This document shows, piece by piece, positions 52,191 to 64,000 of a stretch of 64,000 bases of DNA (within the stretch, counting starts at the first letter, position 1; each line of letters starts with the position of its first letter). Origin of the DNA: Fimbriosthenelais zetlandica (lineage: Eukaryota); assembly GCA_977030845.1 (NCBI GenBank), contig OZ365111.1, positions 25,544,001-25,608,000 of the forward strand, written 5' to 3'. The translations under genes and the position numbers were made by a program. The notes beneath the pieces were generated by a model. The model made no database searches and was not told where the DNA came from. It was given only the letters and a program-made list of their open reading frames with translations.

Positions 52191-52223
52191 ATCATGTGAC
52201 TTCCTGGGTCACGTGACCGGAAG
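52191..52223. promoter_or_regulatory. Composite E-box/ETS element in PRDM14 intron
   Basis: CATGTGACTTCC followed by GTCACGTGACCGGAAG; YY1-like gccgccattttg ~200 bp away. Confidence 0.35.
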
Positions 52224-53314
52224 CCAAGTTCAAAGTGAGGCTGGGTGTATTCTCAGACGCTAGATTAGGACGTCGATTGGCAATTACAGGCGATTGAGGG
52301 CCAGTACTAAATTCATTTCACCCCGTGCTTACCGACTTAGGTCTACGATGGGCCTTAATTACTATCATGCTCCCAAATACCTCCCCAGCCCCTTTGACAG
52401 GAGTCAGCCGTCGATTTAATGCCGCCATTTTGGTTGCTGACAGTGGCTGTGACACGCGGTTCAGAGTTGATTAAACACCGCTCGGAGCGTGAGCGGAATT
52501 GAGCGAGACTTAGCGGGTGATTTGATGAGGGGAGGATTGTGTGAGGGAGAGAATAGGAGAGAATGTAACACTGATGGGGGACTTAATACAAGACGGGACA
52601 TGGGGATTGAAAACCAGAGGACCCCAGACTCACATACAACGCCTTCCTTAGTTCACTATTGCTTCTGTTACCCGTCAATGCCGTCTTATAGGATCAGTAC
52701 TGGATTTAGTAGCTGTCAAATACTATTGTCATTCCTTTGGTTGAAGAATGAAGAAGATCTAAGTCAATTGCCTTGTCAGTGTTGGTCTTATATTAGTGGA
52801 GGTAGACTGAGTTGGAGAGGGTTGTTTGTATTAAAGTTTTGAATGGATCTGATTGAATAAAGACCAGTTATGTCGGGATTACACCTTTACCAGGGTCTGT
52901 GTCCACTGATAACTCAATCTATGCTGCTCCAACGGCCCGATTTAACCGAAATTTCGTTTTAAGCGTGTTCGTTATAGGCGGACTCCACTGTATTAATGTA
53001 CCCACTTTTGACTGAAATTTCCTTTCAGCAAATACAAATTCTTCTATAGTCACTGAGTTTGGCCCCCAATTTCACCGACCTCCCTATGACCCAAGGTTCC
53101 ATTTCTCAATAGACAGACTGACAGTTGGTTATGAAACTGACAACAGAATGATGGCGTAACTCTGTTAAGAAACAAGCCCAAAATTCAAATCCAAATTCAT
53201 AGGGCCAGTTTCAGGGATGAAGTGCTCTAACCAACTCCCCTCCCTTATGCAACACATCCTTGTTATGAATCGAATCCTCTGCCCCTATTGAATATGAAAC
53301 ACTCAGTTACTCAC

Positions 53315-53475
53315 CTCCCACATAAAGCTGTTGTCGTCATTGGTTTTGATTTCGCTCGTGTTGACTTGTTTCCCTCTAAAAGGTCCAAATAATGAACCTT
53401 TCGCTATGACTGTCTTCTTACAGAAAACGCCATAATGTACAGCGCCGGCGAAGGTGGTCTGAAACAGTTCAATAC
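53315..53475 (-). CDS. PRDM14: PRDM14 exon (PR domain N-terminus)
   Basis: 161 nt, AG/GTGAGT; GIELFQTTFAGAVHYGVFCKKTVIAKGSLFGPFRGKQVNTSEIKTNDDNSFMWE. Confidence 0.96.
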
Positions 53476-54129
53476 CTGAAACAAAGGTGGAAATGTCAGG
53501 TAAGTTTCAGCAACTAAAACCATCTTCCCTCTAAAATCTTTTGAATTTACTTCCAGAGGTCATTTTAAATTAAATTTACTGAAATAGACACAATGTCACC
53601 CATCCTCTCAGCTGGATAATTTGATATCTAAGGCGTGCCACTTGTAAAATTTACTTTAATTTAATTTTCTAACTGGTTGGGTTGAGGAGGTGGCCCTTAA
53701 GGCAAAGGCAGTATATCGAATATAAAATGTCTTAACAGGGGGTAAGGCTTAAAGACATGTTTAATCTGCGAAGAGAAAATTTCAGATTTACATATTCACA
53801 CAAATGTTGGCGAACTTTATAAGGAAATGAATGAAAATTCGGTTGAAGCGGAGTGGGACGGAAACCAAGTCATTGTATGATTGAATTATTAGCGTCACAC
53901 ACCCTAAACCCACCTCCCTGTACCTCCCCTAACTAGCTCTACTCACACCCCCCCCCCCCCCACCCCTCACTTTGTCCATCAATACTTCATACTACCTGTC
54001 GCCTTAGGCCAGTCAGGTAGCCCCCCACCACACACACACACACCCACCCTCCACCCCCACCAAAACCATTCAAATCTCTCTCACACCTAATATTCACCTC
54101 CTCTGCATAATCCCCTCCAGCGTTCCACC

Positions 54130-54177
54130 TCAAGGTCAACCCCCAGGGTCAAGGTCAAGTACCAAGGTCAAAGGTCA
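54130..54177. promoter_or_regulatory. Nuclear-receptor half-site cluster (five RGGTCA)
   Basis: tcaaggtca, gggtcaaggtca (DR0) and aaggtcaaaggtca (DR1) within 48 bp. Confidence 0.45.
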
Positions 54178-54230
54178 GCTGGGATGACCACTGATAAATT
54201 ATGGGGTAGAGGTAGTAGTGGTCAAGATTC

Positions 54231-54426
54231 TAAAGCCTGGTCTCCACTGCTGCGATTTTTCTTGCGACAAAGGAGATGCTTACAAGTGTAGGAATAAAAT
54301 TTCTAGATTGTGGTCCATCTGTCTAAGGCCTTAAGCCTTAATGGTAAATTTGTCATTGAAACACAAGCATCACCTTTGTCGCAGAGGTGTCGCAAGCAAA
54401 ATCGCAGCAGTGGAGACCTGGCTTAA
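54231..54426. mobile_element. MITE family B, complete copy
   Basis: taaagcctggtctccactgctgcgattttt / gcaaaatcgcagcagtggagacctggcttaa TIRs. Confidence 0.85.
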
Positions 54427-56047
54427 CCCGTGTGGACCTGCATGCCTGGTGGTCAATCGGTCAGGGAGCCTGAGGGCTAGTGGTGAGGGCCTGGTGAGAG
54501 TTGGTGGTCACATAAGGGCCATAAGGGCATCAAAGTGGCTCCCGTACAGGGAGAGGGTCTGCATGCGCCATATGCTCGACTGGTAAGGGGTCTTTGTATG
54601 AGTGGGAAATGGTGGATTGGTTAGTGGCTGGGGCGCGGGGGGAGGGCGGCTGGAGGGTCGACGAGAAAGGGTCGGGGGAGGCGAGGATGCATGGTTTCAT
54701 CAGGCAATTCCTGGATTTCTATAGACAGCAGTTTCTGGACATTTCCTAACTCTAAAAAGAAGTTCTACAAATTTCCTTTTTTCCTACAGGCAGAGGTTCT
54801 ATTTATCACCCAATTGCTTGATTTCGAAGAAGGATTTTTTGGAATTTTCAGCATTTTGTATTTGGGCTTTCATGCAAAGTCTGAGTAAGTAGTATAGGGA
54901 AATGTGAATTATACTATGGTTAATGCACTGGGCCCATTAACTGATTTTATAACCAGAATATTGTACAAAATACTCGGAAAAAGACTGAAACACACACTTT
55001 TATCATTCAAAGTTCAGCGAGAGTGTAAAATTGGGTGAGTTTTTTTTTACTAGAATCAGTATGTCGTTATAATTTCATGTGAGTAGTATAAGAGAAAATC
55101 GCATATACTCGGGCTCCCAACTGACCGCAAATTTATTTTTGAAACCTGAGCAGTTGTGGACATAAAACATTTACAGATGAATTTATGTAAGAATTGGAAG
55201 GTGAATAGGAATGCTTAGGATATTTAGACCTATCTGAAGGTAGATTTAAATGCTAATTATTTGTGGTGGGGGGGGGGCATCTGATCAAAAATACTGACTA
55301 AAATGTGGATACTAATTCGCTCGTGGTTGTGAGAGATTTAAGGAAGAGATTCATGAGGGCAGGAGAAGTAAGAGAAGGACAGAAGTAGAATATTTAGGAC
55401 GGAGACATTTATCACAGGACTTGGTCCCTAGGGCCGCTCTGAGACCGATACGCGCCTGACACCCTCCCGGCACTCCTCACACCTCAGGCGGCTTTACCAC
55501 CTCGACCCGCAGGCGGCCTCTTTTCTACTGTCCGACAGGTTTGTTTAGACTGATAACAGACCGATGTGAACTTCATCTTTCCGATTAGATGGGGATTTTA
55601 ATTAATGCCTCGGGTTGTTCTCTTCTAAATAGGCCTATCGGCCTGACTGAATAGCCACCTTATAATCTTTAGAAGGGGTCCACATTTAAGAGGACTTCAT
55701 ACCATAATTATTTTAAGGGACTTTGTTGTGATTGGTCTTATCAAAGATATTCACAGAGATAGATAATGTAGATTCCAAGATCAGCATTAAATTTATAAAA
55801 GAAATTCCCATTTTTTTTCTTCAATTTCTGTCTAATGCCCAGTCATACAAATCAGCGAGGATTCGAGGATGATACTTTGGTTAAGCCAAGCTGTGTACGC
55901 CTAAAAGTACTGAATGCAATTGCTTTCTAAGTATTCTTTTCTGACAGTACCCAGGACGGCAGGGGTCAAGCCATCACCTCGTTTTCTGCCCGTGTAATAA
56001 TCAGTCGGGGATTTAGTAAATAAACCCGCTAGGAGGCGTGACCAGAC

Positions 56048-56092
56048 CACGTGATATATCACGTGTCATACCCCACACCCCTGTCACGTGAC
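56048..56092. promoter_or_regulatory. Triple CACGTG E-box cluster
   Basis: CACGTG at 56048, 56060 and GTCACGTGAC at 56083. Confidence 0.35.
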
Positions 56093-56680
56093 CCTGCCTC
56101 TTCCCATTTAGAGGGCCGGGCAGGTTGGTAACGCTGACCTTCCCGTCTCCTTAACATTGACGGATGGACTAAAATAAACTTGTAATTGGAGAAAACCAAA
56201 GATGAATACGTTTTAATGTCTCAGCAGCAGGGGTACGCTACTAATGGGGCTCTCCCAACAACGAATTTAAGCCAGTATTACCCCGGGTTGTCATCCCTGA
56301 CAAGTATAGATCCATCCATACCCAAACTGAATCTGATTATAAATATTCTATCAAGACGGATCCATGATTTTCTAAAGGGGGCCAAACAAGCGTGGAAGAA
56401 GATATTAGGTTGTCTAAGCGACAAAAATTGCTCCAGTAAGGGGAGGGGTCCAGTCCCTCTGACCCCCCAACCCCCCCCCCCCCCCACGCCCCCCCCCCCC
56501 CCCCCCCTTCCTCTCCCAAACCAATCTACCCCTGTCTATAGACTTGGGGAGATTTTTACAAAATATTTTTTTTAATTATATCACATTAGCTCATAGATTC
56601 TGGCTGTTTTAATTGCTCTCCACTCGTGGTGATCAGCACTCGTGAAGTCACTCGAGCTAGCCTAAGGATACAGTACTTAC

Positions 56681-56795
56681 CCTCTGGAAGGTCGAGCGTG
56701 CTGGGGTCGATGGGGCCGGACGCTGAACCCGACTTGAGCGATGGGTGGAGGCTGGTAGATCCGTTACCAAGGATACGGTCAATACCTGAAAACAT
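56681..56795 (-). CDS. PRDM14: Most 5' PRDM14 exon found (starts at ATG 56795 or, more likely, at acceptor 56785)
   Basis: ...SASGPIDPSTLDLPEG|GTAAGT aligns with the LxLPEG start of the PRDM14 PR domain; ttttcag acceptor at 56786-88 is phase 1. Confidence 0.88.
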
Positions 56796-57309
56796 TCAAA
56801 TATTGGTGGACTTTTAACATGGGTTTACATCATACAAATATCTTCATTAGTTAGATTCACAGCACACAAATACGTTCATCATTTCGGAGACTTTGAATTC
56901 AACACTCGCAAAAGATGAATTCGCGAAAGGAATTATCGTATATTCGACAATGTCCTCGCGAAAATACTCGCAATCTAGGAACCCCGATAATATAGATATC
57001 CCCTAAACCTGAGGGACACACAAACGTTTCCTTTATGGATCAAGTTCTTACCCAGTCTTCTCCTCCCAATGCTCATCACTTACTATAGGCTATCTGTCGC
57101 TATATCTATAGGCCTATAGGGCCTGGTTCATAACGAGTGAGAGAATATAATTGCTTAACGTCCAATTGCTAAATTATCAGGAAGAGAACAATTAGCTCTA
57201 CAAACTCAACAATTAAGAAGGAAACAAGCTGCCGGCAAACAATGATCTGCTCTTTTCAATGAGGAACTTTTCCATGCCTCCTATATCCGAGACAGTCGTG
57301 GACATGGCT

Positions 57310-57392
57310 GCATGGCCTTTGGCAATGGCAATGGACACTGGCCTTTGACAATGGCAATGGGCACTGGCCTTTGACAGTGGACAATGGACAAT
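57310..57392. repeat. ~27-bp tandem repeat, ~2.5 copies
   Basis: ggcctttgacaatggcaatgg(a/g)cact units. Confidence 0.75.
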
Positions 57393-57932
57393 TTTGAGAA
57401 ATATTGGGGAATTGCCAGACCTCCTAAATTCAAGTGGAACACACTATTGCCTGAGCAACAGCCCCACCCCACTTATGTAGTGCAGTAGCCAATGTTAAGT
57501 CAATATGAGCTAATGTAGACTAACTTTATTTATGTAACCTAACCCAGGCCGAGTTATACAATACAAAGAGCCCCTCTACATCCTCCCAGATACGCTTTAT
57601 GGCCAACCTTTTTATCCTTCAAGTCAAGTATAGCTTTAGGCCACCAAAAATTAATAAATTTGTTTCTACTAACTTGATTCTACCTAAGAAAATGGCTTCA
57701 TGGCTAATAATAACTTGGTCCACCGTCAAAGTGCATAATTCAAATGAATATAATACTTTTAACAGGAAGGGATGTTGTTTTTTTGTTAAAATGCCAAATT
57801 TCCTTCAAGTGAATAATTATTGCCATCCAGTGACTCCGGGACGCGATCTGGATGCATTTGAGAGGAAACGCAATAATATATTAATCTCTCTTGGCCTCAC
57901 TCTCTCTACTTCCGGTCCTGCTCATCTTAAGA

Positions 57933-57946
57933 TGCCCCCTGGTGGC
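57933..57946. promoter_or_regulatory. Candidate CTCF site
   Basis: tgccccctggtggc = reverse complement of GCCACCAGGGGGCA, a close match to the CTCF core consensus. Confidence 0.45.
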
Positions 57947-60900
57947 TCCTCAAAGAAGTAGAGGAGCAGCTTAAGAATAGAGATGGGCTATATATCGGTC
58001 CCCACTCCACTCATCTTACCCCATACCCTTGCCATTATTCTTCACCCGAGCATTCCGGCTTTTTATGCAGCCCTACCAATGCTTTAACGACTAGAACTCT
58101 CCTGTGTTGGAGGTAGATAGATAACGCGTCCCGGAAGTGTCGTTTGCATCGGTCTCTTTGACGGGACGCGGCCCATCTCGCTGTCCAAAGAGATTCGGCG
58201 CTATGTGAGCTGGGAGTTATAGGAGGGCGGGTTGGAGATAGAGAGTTAGTTTTGGATCCGGTTTGATTGGGAGGGCGCGGGTCGGGGTAATGGATGGGGA
58301 TAGATAGTGCCATTGGTAAGCAATGCTGGCAATTCCAAGTGGAGAGATTATATCTTATACCGCTGTACCAGAGCCAAGCTCCGACCATACATCCATCTCT
58401 GGAAATAAAAACTATCCTGTACCTGGCTCCTATTGGTCCTATACGTATAGAGAGAGATATATAGCCTATGGCGTCGGGAGAACCTATAGGCCTACGTGTG
58501 CAAACTAAATATTTTCAATCTCATGTTAAAGCAAGTTTGAACAGAAAATGCACTTCACTAATCCCAGATGAACTACTGGAGAAGCCTTTTCTTTTATTTA
58601 TTTTTTTCTGCAGACACAATGTCAATCCGCACCAAAACCTAAATCCAATACGAGATTCTTGTAAATGCAGCGCGCTGCAGACTCGTAGAGACGGTAGCGG
58701 ATGTGGCAAATCCGTCTGCAGTTTATTCTCTCTCGGTGATTCGCGGTTCGTGTAAATAACATAACAAAGGTAGATGTTAGGTATTCAACTATACATGTAC
58801 TTAGGACTTTGTGGCTACATGAACAAGTACTTGAGCTTTATTACACTTTTCTCGGCGTTCATCCAAACAACACAAACGCACGTTTCTAAACACAAGTTGC
58901 CAAGGGAACGCGCTCTTTGGCTTAACTCCGGAGAAAAGTGTTTCTGTCCTTATAGGTCATTGATATTGACAAGTAACATACCAGGTTTTGTCAATCTCAG
59001 GGAGCGGTACACCAAATGAATAAATTTCAATTATTACATCATAAAAGAACAAAAATGTGGCGTGTTTTTTGGAGTATTTTTTGAGGTGTCTATATCAATG
59101 TTGACAGTTTCCTTCCATGGAGACTCTAATCTGTAGTGGAGTCATGATAGGTTATTTTGTGATCGCTCAAATATCAGGAAAAAAGATTTCACAGTCTTCT
59201 TTTCATTGCTTCTTTTTCAATTTCAAGGACTGTTTTCTAAGAGTGAAAAATGGAAATTAAAATACGCCCACTGCGTTTACATATGGATTATATATACTGG
59301 CCTACCCCATACACCAAGCTTCAAGGGAATCAACATTAGGCTCTAGGCGGATATTTTGTGTATTGTCTCTTCATTGTTCTGCAAAAAATAGTTCATATTC
59401 ATTTAGTGAGAAAATAGTTCATCTTTTCATAGAGAGACTTGCTATGCGTAGGCATAGACTTCTTTCCCTATGAATAGGAGCTTAGCCTTACAAATCTAGG
59501 CCCTACATTTAATTAAATTCCATCATAATTTTATACGAGAATTTCATCTCTAAAATCTAACTGACTCCTGATAGAACGTTTGCAATTTCTAAGAGGACTT
59601 TCTTTCTTTTCATGTCTTTATCATGGTGGCCTATATAAATGTACCTAAATCCCTGATAGGCACTCCTTCTCTCAAGCTAAGTCCTTCTTCAAAAGTTTCA
59701 AGCAGTCTAACTCAACTTCTGTCAACACCCTACCTCTGCAACAGGAAATGCAGGAAATTCTTGAGAAAATAAAGCTACCGGTTACATATATGGGGGGCCA
59801 TTCATACCTCTCCCGCTATAATCTTTGACCAACAAGGCCCTAACTGTAAGGCTTACCTAGGTGTATTGTCCACCATGTAAAATAACACCAGCCTCTGTAG
59901 CCACCTAACGATGTTGGACAGAAAAACCATTTTGGATGAGTTTACCTTCATTCTGCGCTACTCCTTTTGATGTTTGTCTCGAGTAGGGCCTTTCTAAAAG
60001 GCTAGATGGGAGACCAAGAGTGGAGGTTCAAGGTTTGATGTTTGATCCTTTGAACGCTAGATCTCAAGAGGCCATTGTATAAAAAGATACTCGCCATTAG
60101 CTAATGATGGCTTGGAACCTGTTTCATAATGAAAGTCGCGCTATTCACCAAAGCTACGTCGATGAGTTAAAGGCATCTCTCTTATGAAACGATGAGAATG
60201 ATCTTTGCAGTGATTCGGTGTTTCAAAAGGCATCCCTACACCATTATTTTGAAAAATCATATTAGGTTTAGAAAGGAATGGACCCAAATGACATATTTTG
60301 TTCTGTTTTAGGCTCAGTTCATGGTTGATTAAAAGATATTATTCTCCAAATGATTGTTACAAATATACAGATTGAAAGCCTGTTTAAAAGCCTTTATGCA
60401 GTCCACTCCATAACCCCAAGATTTTTCTTAATATTTGTGTTATTCATCTTTCATATTTTCATATTTTTCACCGGATAAGAATGGAGAAGGGCCCACTTTC
60501 TTTTGTAAAGGCTCATGTTGAGTAAGCCAATGTGAGCGGGTGCGGGGAGAGGCAGGATCTACACAAGCCTGTAAGATGGGCTAGATCAAACATTGTCTGT
60601 GACATATCTCTGACACAAAGTTAGACTATATGGTAACATACTATTGTTACCGACATGCCTGTGGCCACAATGGCAAGGCAGCAGAGATACCATTCTTCAC
60701 AATACAGAAGGGGAAAGGTAGGGCGGAAGTGTATGGAAGGCTGTCTGAAATCATATAAAAGACCAATGTACAAGACCCCCATTCTTGTGTAACTCAAATA
60801 ATTTTTTGGGCTTCAAGGCTTGATCCCCAACCCCTTCACAGGAGTAATTCCCCACCATTAATTTACAAACTCCTGGATCCGTCCTTGAAGTTTTTTTTGT

Positions 60901-63900
60901 ATTTGGAGCTCTTGGGAATTGGAATTTGCCTTCCAGAACTTGAAATTCATTTTCTAGCTTGGGATATATGGAAATCTACAACAATCTGGAAAGGGGTCTA
61001 TTTCAGGAGAAAGCTCATATCTTTACCAGCAACTGAGGCTATAATGGAGGCATGAATATCACCAATTGTATCACTCATTTTTGGAAAGGCACATAACCTG
61101 CATGCCTGCATGCTTCAGTTGCAGATTGTATCTGGCTCTTCAACGGCCTGCATAAAGAACAAAATACTTGTTCCTTCCCTGAACAAGGCCTATAAGTCAC
61201 ATTTCCTCGGAGGCTTTATTACTTTTCATCGGCGGAACATGAGAAAGTCAGGATTTGACTTTCCATAGAAAAGAAGCCTGGCCCGAGCCTTGCTCCTGCC
61301 GCATGGCTTTGACATCTCTCCACCCAAAGCAGATGTTAGCAGTCGACCCCTACTCACCTCCCTTATTGTCCGCTCCACAAGCTTGTTTAGCCTCCCCTCC
61401 CAGCAACGTGTCCCTCCCAAAAGGCCAGGCAGACTGACAAAGTTTGCACATGGAGTTGAAACATTTTTCAAAGGCCATAGGCCCCATGCTTGGAAGGCTT
61501 GACAATGGAAAGGCTGTGTTACAGAACAGTGGCAGGGCAAGGAGGAGGAGGGAGTGAGGGAGGGGGATGAGGAGCCAGATGCTTTTGTTGGGGGTGGGGG
61601 GAGGTGTCTTACCTAGAAATGGTGTGGATGCTGAATGAATTGACTATGAAGTTCTCAAGAATTTTACTCAATGTTCACTCTTATTTTTCACTCAATTTTT
61701 TCTTTAAACTTCCGTACAATATTTCCAGTATAAAGATTATGCCCCAAACATGTCAGCAAAACCTAGTGCATGATAGGAGGAGCGCCCCCGCCCCTCCCAT
61801 GCATCCTCTCCCCTGCCAGAGAAGGAAGGGTCGAAGCGGGGGTAGGGGGGGGGATAACTGCAGCACTTTTGCATGGTGAAGTTTGCACTCCTCGGCTCTA
61901 GGGAGATTACATGCTAAGCCATGACTAATCTGCCCATGATACTTTGTCCATTACTCCACGGAGATAGATGTATAAAAATGAGTGCATTCGCTAGCGTGTT
62001 AAAAATGGGTGGATTTTTTTGGGTAAAGTTAAGATTGTTTTCTCCAACCAAAATTCAGTCCAAAATCAGCTTTTTGTGAGATTTTTTAATTGAATTTCCG
62101 ACCAAAATGTTGTGGTGAAAATGATTAAATCCTTTGCAGCTGTTGAACATAAGGCAGTTAAATCCCGGAATATTGATTAACTGGAATAAAAATCACTAAA
62201 AATAATTGGTAAACAACCAGAAAGCACAACAACTGGGTCATATGCTATATGTTAGGGCCTATACATAGCAGAAAAAAGCCTGCATATATACAGAGTTCAT
62301 TGCCCTGGGCTTCCCCGTGCCAAGCCTCCCCACCTACTCAAAGTATATTATTCCCAGTGTTATAACTTCACAGTGACAAAAGCTTGCCTCGATGATTCAC
62401 ATGTAACCAAAGGCTTGGCTGAGAGGCCTTTTAACATAGCTAAATGAGATGGTTGAGGTATTTGGTGTGTTGACTGAGGGGTATTGGGCTCTCTAGCTAC
62501 CTCACCTATGCTATGTCGAGTGGTTTACCTATGTGAGTATTTGTTTATCGTATGACCACATGTTCAATGCAATTGAATGCACTCAAACAGGTTGTTAATA
62601 TGCACTACTAGTGTTGTACCATATGGGTCCATTCCGTGGAATCTGGGACCACATTCAAACGCAACTTTAGAAGGGCTAAGTCTATATATGTCTCATGTTG
62701 GCTTTCAAACGGTCGAAAATGATCATTTCTAACCTAAACGCTATCCATATATCCATTTTAGGATATTCCCCATAGACATTGCCAAGAAACAATGAATATG
62801 AAATTCATATTTTCTTTATTTGGAAAATATTGATCTGACCGGAAAGTTTTAATGCCTATTGGTGGTTGAATGCCCGAGAATGATAACCCAAGGGCAAAGC
62901 GCAGTGTAGCCTGAGGTTTTCTCTAATTCACACACTAAAATTGCCATTCACTTCTAAAATGACTGTAAATGATATGTAAGTTATGAAAGAGACATATTAT
63001 ATGTAATTTGGGGAATGGATCTGAAACTTTCCCCCAAAAAACTTGAGAGAACAGAACTTTTGAGAAGGATTATGAATTGAAAGATATAAGAATAACACGA
63101 TTAGAATTATCACAATAAAATGATGCTCATATCCCGCATTGAAAAATAACCCATGGAAATGCGGCGAGATCTAGATGAAAGCCTGGGTCGGACCCATCAA
63201 TGTGAGGCAGAGAAAGGGGCTGTATCCGCCAAATACAAGCCGCGCGCTGACAAATTTTACTTATTCATTACGCAAACACATATGGTAGATGAAGTTAGGA
63301 GGGCCGTAGCATTATCTCCATTGTCCAGGACCGATAAAAAAGGCCCCAAACCAATTTCAGTGGTAAACATAGGAGGAGGGAAGGTAGGCAGCTGAGCCGC
63401 CATGATATCGAACTATCACTGATGATGCTATGCATTCGTTTGGGAAGGGATTAAGGCTTGCCTTCCCCACTATGGAAAACCATGCGCCACAGATGCGACT
63501 GATGCATCAATGCTGGGTGGATGGGATGAGGGGAGAGGGTATGAGGTGTTGGCTGGGTGACATTGATATTGTATACCCGCCTTTGTGGAAACTCCGGGTT
63601 TGTTTTATCTGAATTATTCAGGTGTTTTGGGCTGCAAGGAAGAGGAATCGGGGCTGAGAATGGAGGGTGTTGGAAAACACGGTAAATGGTTCAGCTTTTC
63701 CCTTTCCTTTCATATGGTAATTGTTCTCAGAGACAGGGGCAAATGAAAGGGTTGAATTTAGTAAAACTTTCCCAATCAGGAACTATCAGAATTATTTTCT
63801 GATTGTAATAATGCATTTAACATATTTCCCAGACAGTTTTTATTTTCATCATCAACAATAGTATTTACTATTTATAAAGTCATTTTCTGCCGCCCAAGTG

Positions 63901-64000
63901 ATTGTTTCAGAGCTATTCTTAAGTTTGGTGCATCCAACAAGAAGAATGCACTGAGTATTATGAACATAATTAATCATATTACTCAACCATAATTACTCAA

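Noticed and set aside
58035-58388. 117-aa minus-strand ORF as a PRDM14 N-terminal exon
   Set aside because: Stops before the nearby donor and has no similarity to PRDM14.
59845-59865. Donor-like cttacctagg sites
   Set aside because: Part of the palindromic core (acacctaggtaagg) of MITE family A.
61226-61540. Strong minus-strand donor (GAG|GTGAGT ~61355) as a PRDM14 first exon
   Set aside because: The phase-1 frame gives a peptide with no PRDM14 resemblance; cannot be supported without RNA data.

Overview
AT-rich, repeat-rich eukaryotic (metazoan, probably non-vertebrate; inference) genomic DNA with one 130-N assembly gap (20033-20162). Two spliced genes were reconstructed by hand with canonical, phase-consistent splice sites. 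(1) The last five exons of a SERINC5-like serine incorporator (+ strand, 1-3274). (2) A PRDM14 ortholog (- strand, 56795 to 44478; PR/SET domain plus six canonical zinc fingers). PRDM14 appears to have two alternative C-termini: a short form closed by an intronic stop plus AATAAA, and a long form whose extra exon adds a seventh C2HC finger and an acidic EEPIDVV motif. Between the genes lie an intronless ~268-codon multi-pass membrane ORF with a single in-frame TAG (7518-6712, -), a young 1.3-kb non-coding two-LTR retroelement (TRIM-like; TSD, PBS, TATA and polyA signal visible), a ~1-kb fold-back repeat nest, a tRNA-derived remnant, several MITE families, mini/microsatellites and candidate cis-regulatory clusters. 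Most ORFs in the supplied track are spurious. No rRNA, CRISPR or prokaryotic-type system was found.
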